From assembly GCA_963796275.1 (NCBI GenBank), contig CAWCKY010000001.1, forward strand, positions 160,001 to 224,000: DNA of 64,000 nucleotides, written 5' to 3'. Below, piece after piece: positions 40,317-49,893 of the stretch. Within the stretch, counting starts at the first letter, position 1. Every line of letters begins with the position of its first letter. Source of the stretch: an uncultured Acidobacteriota bacterium (GTDB taxonomy: Bacteria; Acidobacteriota; Blastocatellia; RBC074). Below the pieces are notes generated by a model that worked only from the letters and a program-made list of their open reading frames with translations, searched no databases and was not told the DNA's origin. A program made the translations under genes and the position numbers.

Positions 40317-41627
40317 ATGACAAAAAAGCAGCATGAATGTTCGCCATATTCGCTATTCGGGCGAAGAGATTTCATACAAGCAGGCGCTCTTGGTTACCTT
40401 GGGCTAGGCTTGAGCGATTACTTAAAGCTCAGATCTGTCCAGGCGGCGGAAAAAGGCGAGCCTGAGATATCGTGCATTCTCCTCTGGCAGAGCGGTGGAG
40501 CTTCGCAGCTCGATACGTTTGACATGAAGCCCGATGCTCCGGCGGAAATACGAGGGCCGTTCAAACCCATCGCCACCAACGTGCCCGGCATTCAAATTTG
40601 CGAGCATTTGCCGCAGACCGCTAGACAGACGGACAAGTATGCCATCATCCGTTCCGTCACCTCGCGCGAAGCCGACCACGAGCGGGCGATCAATTATCTG
40701 CTCACCGGCTATGCTCCCCTCCAGACGATCGAGTTCCCGAGTATGGGCTCGGTTGTCTCCAAAGAACTGGGACCGCGCGATGACATGCCGCCCTACGTGG
40801 CTATTCCGAATACATTTCCCTCCTATGGCGCCGGCTTCCTGGGCGGAGTGTATAACCCGTTCATCTCCGGCGACCCAAATGTGAAGGGTTATCAGGTGCG
40901 GGATCTCAAGCTTCCGCTAGACGTGGATTGGCAGCGGGTGGACCGCCGGCGCTGGCTCTTGAAAATGGTGGATCAGCGCTTCCGACAGATCGATGCCGCT
41001 AACGAGGCTGCAACCATCGATGATTACTATACCCGCGCCTACGACCTGATGAATTCACCGCGGGCGAAGAAAGCTTTCGACATCGAAGAGGAGCCGGAAG
41101 CTATTCGCAATCGATACGGCCGCACTCCCGTTGGGCAAGGTTGTTTGCTCGCGCGCCGGCTGGTCGAGGCCGGGGTGCGTTTTGTGACGGTGGCCAAGGG
41201 GTGGCTCAATTGGGACACGCACGGCAATAACTTCAACACACTTCAGAAAGCGCTCCTCCCCGAAATCGATCCCGCATACGCCACCTTGCTTGAGGACCTG
41301 GATCAGCGAGGATTGCTTGACCGGACTCTGGTGGTGCTCATGGGCGAATTCGGACGCACGCCCAAAGTAAACAATGACGCCGGGCGCGACCACTGGTCGA
41401 AGGTATACACCGTCTGCTTAGCGGGGGCCGGAGTGCGCGGCGGACAGGTGATCGGCGCCTCGGATGCCACTGCATCAGAGGTGAAGGAAAAGCCGATCCA
41501 TGTCGAGGATTTGCTGAGTACCATTTACGATCGGCTCGGCATAGATACGACCAAGGAATATCACACTCCTATCGGCCGGCCTGTAAAAATCGTCAACGGT
41601 GGCAATGTGATTTCGGAGTTGTTTTAA
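40317..41627 (+). CDS. DUF1501 domain protein (Tat signal)
   Basis: GRRDFIQAG, GGASQLDTFDMKP, ICEHLP, CLLARRLVEAGVRFV, WDTHG, GEFGRTP and GRDHW; GGAGG RBS. Confidence 0.93.
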   Translation: MTKKQHECSPYSLFGRRDFIQAGALGYLGLGLSDYLKLRSVQAAEKGEPEISCILLWQSGGASQLDTFDMKPDAPAEIRGPFKPIATNVPGIQICEHLPQTARQTDKYAIIRSVTSREADHERAINYLLTGYAPLQTIEFPSMGSVVSKELGPRDDMPPYVAIPNTFPSYGAGFLGGVYNPFISGDPNVKGYQVRDLKLPLDVDWQRVDRRRWLLKMVDQRFRQIDAANEAATIDDYYTRAYDLMNSPRAKKAFDIEEEPEAIRNRYGRTPVGQGCLLARRLVEAGVRFVTVAKGWLNWDTHGNNFNTLQKALLPEIDPAYATLLEDLDQRGLLDRTLVVLMGEFGRTPKVNNDAGRDHWSKVYTVCLAGAGVRGGQVIGASDATASEVKEKPIHVEDLLSTIYDRLGIDTTKEYHTPIGRPVKIVNGGNVISELF

Positions 41628-41641
41628 GTGAAGCGCAATCT

Positions 41642-42388
41642 CTAATTGCCGGAGAGATTCTTTCCACTGTTTTGCCGCACTGCTGCCGAGAAGCCGGCGC
41701 ACCGGCGGCGTGAAATGGGAACGCGCGCGCCCGTGTTGAGCACGGCCGTCAACACGCCCGCACAGTCGCGCGTTAATTCACGCACGCTCTCCAAACGCAC
41801 CAATGCTTGCCGATGGGCGCGGAGGAAACCGTGATTGCGCAACCGTTCTTCCAGCAATTGCAGCGGCTCGCGATGTAGGTAGCTGCGAGCGCCGACCCAC
41901 AACTGGGCGTAATTTCCGGCGGCTTCAATCCAGTCAATTTCGCTGATGCTCAACACCGTTGCGCCGCGGGCGGTCGTGACGACTATCTGTTCATCACGCG
42001 GCAGACGAGTAGTTGCGCGCAGCCGCTTCAGCAGTCGCTTTATCGTGGCGGCGAAGCGGGCCTCGCTGACCGGTTTGACCAGATAGTCGAGCGCTTCGGC
42101 TTCAAAGGCGCGGAGCGCGAATTGATTGTAAGCGGTCAGAAAGATTACTTCCGGCATGCGCTCTGGCGTGCGGCGGCGGATCACCTCGAAGCCGTCGATG
42201 CCCGGCATTTGAATGTCGAGGAAGATCACGTCGGGCGTGCACGCATCCAATGCCGCCAGCACATCCGCGCCGTTGCGGCATTCTCCGGTCACGGTGAACT
42301 GCGGGAAAGCCGCCAGCAGTTGGCGCACGCCTCGGCGAGCGGCGGGTTCATCATCGGCGATCAAAACTTTCCATTCAGGTTGCTTCAC
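41642..42388 (-). CDS. LytTR family response regulator
   Basis: Receiver domain IADDEP, FLDIQMPG, FLTAY, DYLVKP; LytTR domain IDWIEAAGNY, FLRAHRQALV. Confidence 0.93.
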   Translation of the reverse strand: MKQPEWKVLIADDEPAARRGVRQLLAAFPQFTVTGECRNGADVLAALDACTPDVIFLDIQMPGIDGFEVIRRRTPERMPEVIFLTAYNQFALRAFEAEALDYLVKPVSEARFAATIKRLLKRLRATTRLPRDEQIVVTTARGATVLSISEIDWIEAAGNYAQLWVGARSYLHREPLQLLEERLRNHGFLRAHRQALVRLESVRELTRDCAGVLTAVLNTGARVPISRRRCAGFSAAVRQNSGKNLSGN

Positions 42389-43535
42389 GATTCAACTCCG
42401 TCGCGATCTCACGATAAGGCAGGCGCAGTGTAGCAATGGTTCCGCCTTCGGCGCGCCTGGTGAGTTCGAGCGAGGCGCGTTCGCCGTACAAGGCGCGCAA
42501 TCGCTCGCGAGTATTTGCCAGGCCGTGGCCTTCCGGCATGGTGAATTCCAGGTCGATCCCGATGCCGTCATCGATTACTGAAAGTTCGATCATATCATTC
42601 GTGCGCTGGGCGGCGATGAGCAAGCGGCCCGCGTCGGGATGTTTCGCTATGCCGTGGCGAATTGCATTCTCCACCAATTGCTGTAAAGCGAAGCTGGGAA
42701 TCAGTGCGGAGAGGAGTGTGTCGGCGATGTTGAACTCCGGCCGCAGCCGATCGGAGAAGCGCGCCTCTTCGATGGCGACGTACTGTCGAACGAGTTCGAG
42801 TTCTTCGCCGAAGGGGACTTCATTCGCGCGATGGCTGCTCAGCGTGGTTCTCAAGACGTCGCTCAACTGTTCGACGATGCGCACGGCGGATTGACGCTCG
42901 TTGTCGCGCACCAGCACGGCAATGGTGTTGAGCGTATTGAAGAGAAAGTGCGGATTCACCTGCGCCTGCAAAGCGGCGAAACGCGCGCTCGATAGTTGCT
43001 CGGAAAGACGCGCCAATTGCACATCGCGTTCGCGCGCCTCGGTGAAGTATCGGATCGCATGCTCCATGCCGACGACGCACAGATACACGGCCACGCCAAA
43101 GGGCAGCGTGGTAAATATCCAGCTCAGCCAATCCACGCCGACCGCACGAAAAATCTGCGCCGTCCCGGCCTGCAGCGCCGTGCGCACGGCATTCGGGTCG
43201 AACCACAGCCCCAGCCCCAGTTGTAGCAGTTTGCCGCTCGTCGCCCAGGCAATGCAGAACAGTAAAGAGAGAGCGAGATGCAGGAAGGCGTGCCGCACAA
43301 GGCGTGGTCTGGTTAACGGCAGGCGTTTTGAGATGGCAAAAACCGCGGGAGTGAGCAAACCGTAAAGCAGCCAATCGCCGCCTTCCCACAGCAAATCCCG
43401 TGTCGTCACGGGATCCCAGCCGTTAAGGTGCGTTTGGGCGATGCGATTGATAGTGGCGAATCCGGCGGGCAAAATCCAGGCCGCCGAGACGAGCATCCAG
43501 GGTTGCACAGTTTGGAGACTTTGAGCGATGCGCAC
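42375..43535 (-). CDS. LytS/YehU family sensor histidine kinase
   Basis: Several N-terminal TM helices; LQAQVNPHFLFNTLN, LVENAIRHG, DDGIG and GHGLANTRERL. Confidence 0.92.
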   Translation of the reverse strand: MRIAQSLQTVQPWMLVSAAWILPAGFATINRIAQTHLNGWDPVTTRDLLWEGGDWLLYGLLTPAVFAISKRLPLTRPRLVRHAFLHLALSLLFCIAWATSGKLLQLGLGLWFDPNAVRTALQAGTAQIFRAVGVDWLSWIFTTLPFGVAVYLCVVGMEHAIRYFTEARERDVQLARLSEQLSSARFAALQAQVNPHFLFNTLNTIAVLVRDNERQSAVRIVEQLSDVLRTTLSSHRANEVPFGEELELVRQYVAIEEARFSDRLRPEFNIADTLLSALIPSFALQQLVENAIRHGIAKHPDAGRLLIAAQRTNDMIELSVIDDGIGIDLEFTMPEGHGLANTRERLRALYGERASLELTRRAEGGTIATLRLPYREIATELNREAT

Positions 43536-43598
43536 GCCGCTACGCTAGCTCAGGAGTTGCCGGCGGACAAGAAAAATGGAGACATCGTCGCGCTTTTG

Positions 43599-43668
43599 AC
43601 CGTTCGCGTCAGCAGACGCGCCGTTCAAGTATTGCTTGTTGTAGCCCCGCTTTTCCGCTGCATAGAAT
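43599..43668 (+). promoter_or_regulatory. LytTR-type direct repeats (ACCGTTCG / GCCGTTCA, 21-bp period) upstream of a TAGAAT -10
   Basis: Repeats at 43599 and 43620 resemble the AlgR site ACCGTTCGTC; TAGAAT at 43663..43668 precedes the DUF4440 gene. Confidence 0.55.
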
Positions 43669-43745
43669 GCCCCATTATTTTTGAAGCTGGACAGCGGTCC
43701 CAACTTTCAGAACCGAACAAAAGAACCGAATCAAAGGAGACAAAA

Positions 43746-44697
43746 ATGTTGAAGCCGCTATGCTCGCTCTTCCCGATTGCGCTTGCCATGCTGGCTCTTA
43801 CTGCTTACGGTCAAACATCCGCTCTAACTGCGGCCGGGGACAACCGCAATGCCGATCGCGCCGCGATTCGCGCGCACATCGAAAGCATCTGTCAGGCCTT
43901 CATCGACTGGGACATCGATAAAATCCGAGCGACCCATACCGAGGACTGGCGCGGCTTCCTGGAAGCTTCGCGGACGCCGATCAAAGGAATAGATGAATAT
44001 ATGCGGGCGAACGGCATTCCCTGGCCGCAGACTGGCGATGCTCCAAAACGCGAGGCAAACCCGCACGCCGCGACGGCCGGCTTCAAGCTTTTTGATTTCG
44101 ATGTGCATTTTTACAGCCCGGAATTGGCGGTGGCGTGCTTCAATGTGGATTTCGGACAGAAATCCGGCGGCGACTTAATTACCCGCGTCAGGTTCCGGAT
44201 CATGGACGTGTACGCCAAACGAAATGGGCAGTGGAATCAAGCGGCTTCGCACACTGTGGTAGACCCGGCCTGGCGGGCGCATCAAATGTCCCAGCCCGCA
44301 ACCCTGCCGCCGCCCGAGAAACAAGAGCTGCTGCAAGCCCGCGAGGCCGTCTGGCGCGCTTTTTTCAGCAACGACCAGGCGCAATTGGACAAACTGGTTC
44401 CGGCCGATACTATCGTGCTGGCGGTCCTCCAAGAAAAACCGTTTCTGAAAAAAGCGGAAATCGTGGCAGCGTCCAAACAACAGGCGCAGAGCGGCCAAAA
44501 ACTGGTAAGGTTGGAGTTCCCTGAAACCGAAATGCAGGTGTATGGGGACACTGGCAATCCTCTATACGACCTATTTGTATGAACTGGAAGATCGGCAAGG
44601 CGTGCGCCACACGAACACAGGGCGTGCGACGGAGATATTCGTCAGGCGCCAGGGCGCGTGGCTCAATCCCGGCTGGCACATAACACCGGCCAAGTAG
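43746..44697 (+). CDS. Secreted tandem NTF2-like / DUF4440 protein (one +1 frameshift near 44554)
   Basis: AAGGAG RBS, signal peptide and two NTF2-like repeats. Removing one G gives ...VYGDTAILYTTYLYELE...GRATEIFVRRQGAWLNPGWHITPAK*. Confidence 0.82.
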
Positions 44698-44706
44698 CCG
44701 GGTGCT

Positions 44707-45150
44707 ATGCAGAATTGCCCGACTATGAAGGAATTGATTACTGGTACTGAGCAGAAGTTTTATGGCATTGCGCCATACTTGATCGTCGATGACCTGGCGC
44801 AATCGGCAGAGTTTTATTGCGACAAGCTGGGGTTTGCGTTTGATCGTTATTGGGGCGAGCCGCCATCGTTCGTCATCGTTCATCGAGATGGTGTCTTCAT
44901 CATGCTCAAAAGCATCGGTACAGCAGGCCACGTTCGCCCGAATTGCCGGATTGACCCGGATGCTTGTTGGGACGCCTACATTTGGGTCAAGGATGCAAAC
45001 GCGATTTACGATGAACTGCGAGCGAGGGGCGTGAAGATCACGCGGGAGATTTGCGACGCGGATTACGGCTGCCGAGATTTCGACGTGGAAGATAATTCGG
45101 GCTATATCCTCTGCTTCGGACAAGACATTGAAGGAGAGGGCAAAGCCTAA
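44707..45150 (+). CDS. VOC / glyoxalase / bleomycin-resistance family protein
   Basis: PYLIVDDLAQSAEFYCDKLGF, YIWVKDANAIYDELRARG and YGCRDFDVEDNSGYILCFGQ; start could be 44725. Confidence 0.88.
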   Translation: MQNCPTMKELITGTEQKFYGIAPYLIVDDLAQSAEFYCDKLGFAFDRYWGEPPSFVIVHRDGVFIMLKSIGTAGHVRPNCRIDPDACWDAYIWVKDANAIYDELRARGVKITREICDADYGCRDFDVEDNSGYILCFGQDIEGEGKA

Positions 45151-45265
45151 CCGTAGTTCCTTGCTACGATAGGAAGAGTGTTGCGGCCGGTTTCGATCAG
45201 TACAAAAACAGCGGAAGGACACGAAAATTATGACTGTACACTGCTTGCGTTATCCTGGCATCCAG

Positions 45266-46153
45266 CTACTTCGGCGTCCAGAACGGTTCTTTAGCCGGAA
45301 TGAATTCGACCGGGATTTCGGTTACGAATTCTTTCAGCCACCTTGCGCACTCTTCCATTCCGGCCTGCTCCGATGGAATATGGCCAAGAACTATGATCGC
45401 CTTTCTCTTCCCCTCCGCCACCGCATCGTCTCCATATTCGATCGTCTCCCATTCGCGCGCCTCTCCCGTCACCAATGCTTCCACATCATCGCGCTGTAGC
45501 ATCTGCCTTTGCCGCGGAAAACCCGGATAACCAGGCATCAGGGCTATTTTGGTCAGCTTCATATTAGGATCGCCGACCACGCGCATGGCGCGGATTGCAA
45601 GGCGCATTTTGATATCTGATGCGAGTTTGCCAAGAGTCGTCTCCGGAATAACAAACACACCGCCATTGTCGGTGTTCTGGAATTTTTCCCAGCCAAGCGC
45701 GCGGATCATCCCCGTCCTGATCCCGTCGGGTCTGCGCATATGCCAGTGATCGTGAAAACGCCAGATGACTAGGTTGTGCTTTTTGATCAACGCTAGTTTG
45801 GCCGCCAGCACCGCGTCATTCTCCTTTTCAAGCTCCTCGGTATTGTCGAGATGATCATAGAAGGTCGGCTCGTGTGTGATGATCAAGTTCTTCCCCGCTG
45901 CCGCCGCACGGCGGAGCACGTCAAATGTCGCCATCATAGTCGTTGCGACACCGGTTACACGAGTTTCGGGGTTCCCCGCTTTGAAGGTGTCAACCGTCTC
46001 CTCCCGCCATGGAACGCCTATGTTCTTCTTGATCCGATCGATCACTTGCTGTGCATTTAACCGATTTTCCTGTGTGTGAGCGGGAAGATTCAACAGGAGA
46101 ACGAATGCGAAGATAAAAGTAAGTCCACTCGCTATGGTCTTTTTCCTGGCCAT
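45266..46153 (-). CDS. Nif3-like dinuclear metal centre protein with a signal peptide
   Basis: DTFKAGNP, VTGVATT, LIITHEPTFY, WRFHDHWH and LGHIPSEQAGM motifs. Confidence 0.88.
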   Translation of the reverse strand: MARKKTIASGLTFIFAFVLLLNLPAHTQENRLNAQQVIDRIKKNIGVPWREETVDTFKAGNPETRVTGVATTMMATFDVLRRAAAAGKNLIITHEPTFYDHLDNTEELEKENDAVLAAKLALIKKHNLVIWRFHDHWHMRRPDGIRTGMIRALGWEKFQNTDNGGVFVIPETTLGKLASDIKMRLAIRAMRVVGDPNMKLTKIALMPGYPGFPRQRQMLQRDDVEALVTGEAREWETIEYGDDAVAEGKRKAIIVLGHIPSEQAGMEECARWLKEFVTEIPVEFIPAKEPFWTPK

Positions 46154-46282
46154 AATTGTAATCCTCAAATGCATCTTTGCGCGTAATGCCCTTGACCTTT
46201 CGCCTTGCGTTGGCGGATTGTTACAGCGTTTCGGTGGACTATATCACCGGCATCCTAAATCAATGAATAGCATGAGGATCTT

Positions 46283-47338
46283 ATGACAAAGAAATGGCGC
46301 GTCGCCATTCTTGGGCTGGGACATTGGTATTCAGCCTACAATCTGGCCAGGGCGCTGCGCGAATACCCGAAAGCAGAACTGGTCGCGGTCGCCTGGCATA
46401 ACAGCGCGCAATTGGGCGCTTTCACCAGCGATTTTCAGATTCCGGGTTACCAGGAATATGGCGAATTGCTGAAGCGGGAGGATATCGATATCGTTCATCT
46501 TTCGCCGCCCGTGTCCGAGATGGCGGATTGTGCGATCAGCGCCGCGCGGGCGGGCAAGCATATAGTACTTGGTAAGCCGATGGCGATGACGATGGAAGAG
46601 GCGGACCGGATGGTCGAAGCGGTGGAGACATCCGGCGTCAAATGCGTAGCCTTTCAAGGGACCAAGCGTCTGCGCTCGGGCGATCTGAAGGCGAGGATCG
46701 ATGCGGGAGAGATCGGGAAGATCATCGTGATGCATCAGACCGCGCGCTGGTCTATTGCGGAAGATTGGTATCACTCCGGATCACCCGGCTGGTTCGTCGA
46801 TCCGAAGCAGACGCCGGGCGGGGCTTTCATAGATGAAGGAATTTACTGGCTCGATCAACTCAGGTGGCTGGCGGGCAGCGAAGTGATACAAGTGGGAGCG
46901 AAGATGGCAAATCTGGTCCATCGTGACATTGAGGTGGAGGATTGGGGAATGGGAACCTTCACTTTTGCCAACGGGATCATCGCCACTCTGGAAGCGGCGT
47001 GGACTATCAACTCACCGCGTCCGACCGGACCGTCCCCCAAGCAGAACAGCGTTCTCCGTTTAGAGGTGATCGGCACGCGGGGCGAGATCATTGAGGATGG
47101 ATTGCGTGTACCGGGCAGGGCGGTGCTCGGGGCTGGGGTCTCAGACTGGGTATTTGAGCGCGACGCAGGGGAGCTTTTCGGACCGCCGGCGCCATTCCCG
47201 TTAGATCATTTGATCGATTGCATAGAAAGCGGCAGTCAATCCCCGGCCTCGATCCAGGAGGCGCGCAAATCCTTCAGCATAGCGTTGGCCGCTTATCAAT
47301 CGGCGCAGGCGGGGCGACCGATCTCCTTTGAGTGGTAA
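46283..47338 (+). CDS. Gfo/Idh/MocA family oxidoreductase
   Basis: VAILGLGH Rossmann motif, AGKHIVLGKPMA, GGAFIDEGIY and VEDWG. Confidence 0.9.
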   Translation: MTKKWRVAILGLGHWYSAYNLARALREYPKAELVAVAWHNSAQLGAFTSDFQIPGYQEYGELLKREDIDIVHLSPPVSEMADCAISAARAGKHIVLGKPMAMTMEEADRMVEAVETSGVKCVAFQGTKRLRSGDLKARIDAGEIGKIIVMHQTARWSIAEDWYHSGSPGWFVDPKQTPGGAFIDEGIYWLDQLRWLAGSEVIQVGAKMANLVHRDIEVEDWGMGTFTFANGIIATLEAAWTINSPRPTGPSPKQNSVLRLEVIGTRGEIIEDGLRVPGRAVLGAGVSDWVFERDAGELFGPPAPFPLDHLIDCIESGSQSPASIQEARKSFSIALAAYQSAQAGRPISFEW

Positions 47339-47404
47339 TCGGCGTCCTGATTCAGGCTTCAGCTGGCGACTATCCCGAGCCAGGAAGGTAATGAAAGAAT
47401 CTTT

Positions 47405-48112
47405 ATGAGCTTCGAGCCGGATATGGTGGTGATCCCCGCAGGCGAGTTTCTGATGGGCTGCGAGACGGGGGCGGCGAACGAACGTCCAACCCATCGAGTC
47501 TGGGTGGATCGCATCGCTCTCGGGCGTCTGGCAGTGACTAATCACCAATATCGCATCTTCCTGGAAGAGACCGGGCGAGAAGCCCCACCGGATTTTGGCC
47601 ACGCGCGATCCGATCCACTCTTCGATCAATGGGCCGATAAACCCGTCACGAGCGTGAGCTGGTTCGATGCCGCGGCTTATTGCGCGTGGTTGCGCGAGGG
47701 CACCGGCAAACACTATCGCCTGCCGACCGAGGCCGAGTGGGAACGCGCGGCGCGCGGCGGGTTGGAGGCGAAGCTTTATACATGGGGAGATGAACCGCCG
47801 CAAACGCAACCGCACTATCTGGAATTGTGGGGCAACGGGCCAGAGCGATGCGGCAAGCGGCCACCTAACGGCTTCGGGCTATACGACATCTCCGAAAACA
47901 TACATGAATGGCTCGCTGACTGGTACTATGCGGGCTACTACAGCGTCTCACCGCTGCGTAATCCGCAAGGGCCGCCAATGGGAATCAGGCGCTCCTCCCG
48001 CGGCGGCTCCTGGCGCCATCAGATCAAGATCGCACGCGTCGCAGCGCGCAGCAGTATCCCTCCAGGATATCAATACAGCGATTATGGGTTTCGCTGCGCG
48101 TTGAGTTTATGA
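47405..48112 (+). CDS. Formylglycine-generating enzyme (SUMF1/EgtB/PvdO) domain protein
   Basis: IPAGEFLMG, PVTSVSWFDAAAYC, RLPTEAEWERAARGG, PNGFGLYD, RGGSW and GFRCA. Confidence 0.9.
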   Translation: MSFEPDMVVIPAGEFLMGCETGAANERPTHRVWVDRIALGRLAVTNHQYRIFLEETGREAPPDFGHARSDPLFDQWADKPVTSVSWFDAAAYCAWLREGTGKHYRLPTEAEWERAARGGLEAKLYTWGDEPPQTQPHYLELWGNGPERCGKRPPNGFGLYDISENIHEWLADWYYAGYYSVSPLRNPQGPPMGIRRSSRGGSWRHQIKIARVAARSSIPPGYQYSDYGFRCALSL

Positions 48113-48260
48113 CCCGCGATTGTGCGGCTGGCGTCCTGGACCGTTTGCAATTGTATATATGGGGGCAACTATAGGTGCATGCAGCGAAATGGTGAGGATT
48201 TCAGAGCCGTATGGACTGAATTTCGGGGATGGTTTTAACCACGGTTCAAAACTTAGACCT

Positions 48261-48815
48261 ATGCTCAAACGCATTCCGACCAAAGAGGAATTGCTCGCCG
48301 CCGCCGGGAAAACACTACCGGATGTGATCGCGCACGGATTGCGCGTACTTTTTTGCGGGATCAATCCGGGACTCTATACGGCGGCGGTGGGGCACCACTT
48401 CGCCCGCCCGGGCAATCGGTTTTGGCCCGCTTTGTATCGGGCTGGGTTCACCGATAGTCTGCTTTCTCCATTCGAAGAGAACCAGTTACTCGAGCTAGGG
48501 TATGGGATTACGAATCTGGTCGCTCGCGCCACGGCCTCAGCGGCGGAATTGGCGAATGATGAGTATGTGCGCGGTGCACGAATTTTGGAGGAGAAGATTT
48601 TGCTATATCGGCCAGACTATGTGGCTTTCATCGGCATCGGCGCGTACCGCGCGGCGTTCGGACTGCCGAATGCAAGTATCGGCCGGCAGCCAATCAGCCT
48701 GGGCGGTGCGAGTGTATGGACGCTGCCGAGCACGAGCGGGCTGAACGCTAACTACCGGCCCGAAGATCTGGCCCGTTTGTTCGCGGAACTTCACCAGGCC
48801 ATCCGCGGCGATTGA
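48261..48815 (+). CDS. mug: G/U mismatch-specific DNA glycosylase
   Basis: VLFCGINPG, HHFARPGNRFW, GITNLVAR and LPSTSGLN motifs. Confidence 0.92.
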   Translation: MLKRIPTKEELLAAAGKTLPDVIAHGLRVLFCGINPGLYTAAVGHHFARPGNRFWPALYRAGFTDSLLSPFEENQLLELGYGITNLVARATASAAELANDEYVRGARILEEKILLYRPDYVAFIGIGAYRAAFGLPNASIGRQPISLGGASVWTLPSTSGLNANYRPEDLARLFAELHQAIRGD

Positions 48816-48843
48816 TTACTACGAGGAATTTGGTCGAGTGAAT

Positions 48844-49794
48844 ATGCAGGGTAATTCGATAAATGCTATACAAAAATTCGAGCCTCGTCGCGAGCTCGGC
48901 AGGACGGGCTTTATAGCTACAGCATTAGGCATAGGCGACCTCGCCGATCGGAACCTCCCGATCGGAACTTGCGTCGCTACAGCTCGCCGGGCGATAGAAG
49001 CTGGTTTGAATATTATTGATACAGCGCCCGGCTATGAAGACGGCTACTCCGAACAGATAGTCGGCGAGGCAGTCAAGGGCATCCGCGATCATATCTTTGT
49101 TATAGACAAAATTGATGATCTCGAAGCTCCCGTCGAACCACAGATCGATGCTTCCCTCCGAAGACTCAATCTGGCCCATACTGATGCCTTTGTGTTCCAT
49201 AACCTCTCATCAATAGATACTTTTCAGAAGTTGATCGCACGGGGCGGCGGCTTCGATCAGCTCAATGATTGTATCAGGGCCGGCAAAACGCGATATCGCG
49301 GAATTTCTTCGCATCATCCCGATGTTCTTCATGCCGCCATCTCTGCCGGCCTCTGCGATCTCGTAATGTTTCCACTTGGCCCATTTGTCGATATGCGCTA
49401 TCTCACGGAGATTCTGCCGCTGGCGAGGGCACGCGGTATCGGAACCGTCTGCTTCAAGACATTTGGCGCCGGTAAACTGTTGGGAGACACCAGTGGCTAC
49501 AACCAGCCGTTGCAACTGAGACCGCGCGGCAAGCTTTCTTCCGGAGGCTCGGATGAGACTGCCGCGGTTCTGCCTCGATTGAGCGTCAGCGAATGTCTGC
49601 ATTACACCTTGACGCTTGATCCGGATGTGGCGTTGTTGGGATTGAGCTTTCCAAACGAGCAAGATGCTGCCTTCGCTGCGGCCCAGAATTTCCGGCAGCT
49701 CTCACTAGATGAGATGGAGAAAATTCGCATCGATGCGCTTGAGGCACGAAAGGATAAAGGATCATGCTGGTGGAACCCAGATCCGGAAATCTGA
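48844..49794 (+). CDS. Aldo/keto reductase
   Basis: RRELGRTG, GLNIIDTAPGYEDGYSEQIVG, SLRRLNL and GKTRYRGISSH. Confidence 0.9.
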   Translation: MQGNSINAIQKFEPRRELGRTGFIATALGIGDLADRNLPIGTCVATARRAIEAGLNIIDTAPGYEDGYSEQIVGEAVKGIRDHIFVIDKIDDLEAPVEPQIDASLRRLNLAHTDAFVFHNLSSIDTFQKLIARGGGFDQLNDCIRAGKTRYRGISSHHPDVLHAAISAGLCDLVMFPLGPFVDMRYLTEILPLARARGIGTVCFKTFGAGKLLGDTSGYNQPLQLRPRGKLSSGGSDETAAVLPRLSVSECLHYTLTLDPDVALLGLSFPNEQDAAFAAAQNFRQLSLDEMEKIRIDALEARKDKGSCWWNPDPEI

Positions 49795-49893
49795 GATTAA
49801 TCACGTCGTATGGAGCATTCATAGACTGAGCGGCAACTATCTACACAATGAGATGCCTGAAAGCTGATCGAACCGCGCCCCTACTTGGTTTCA

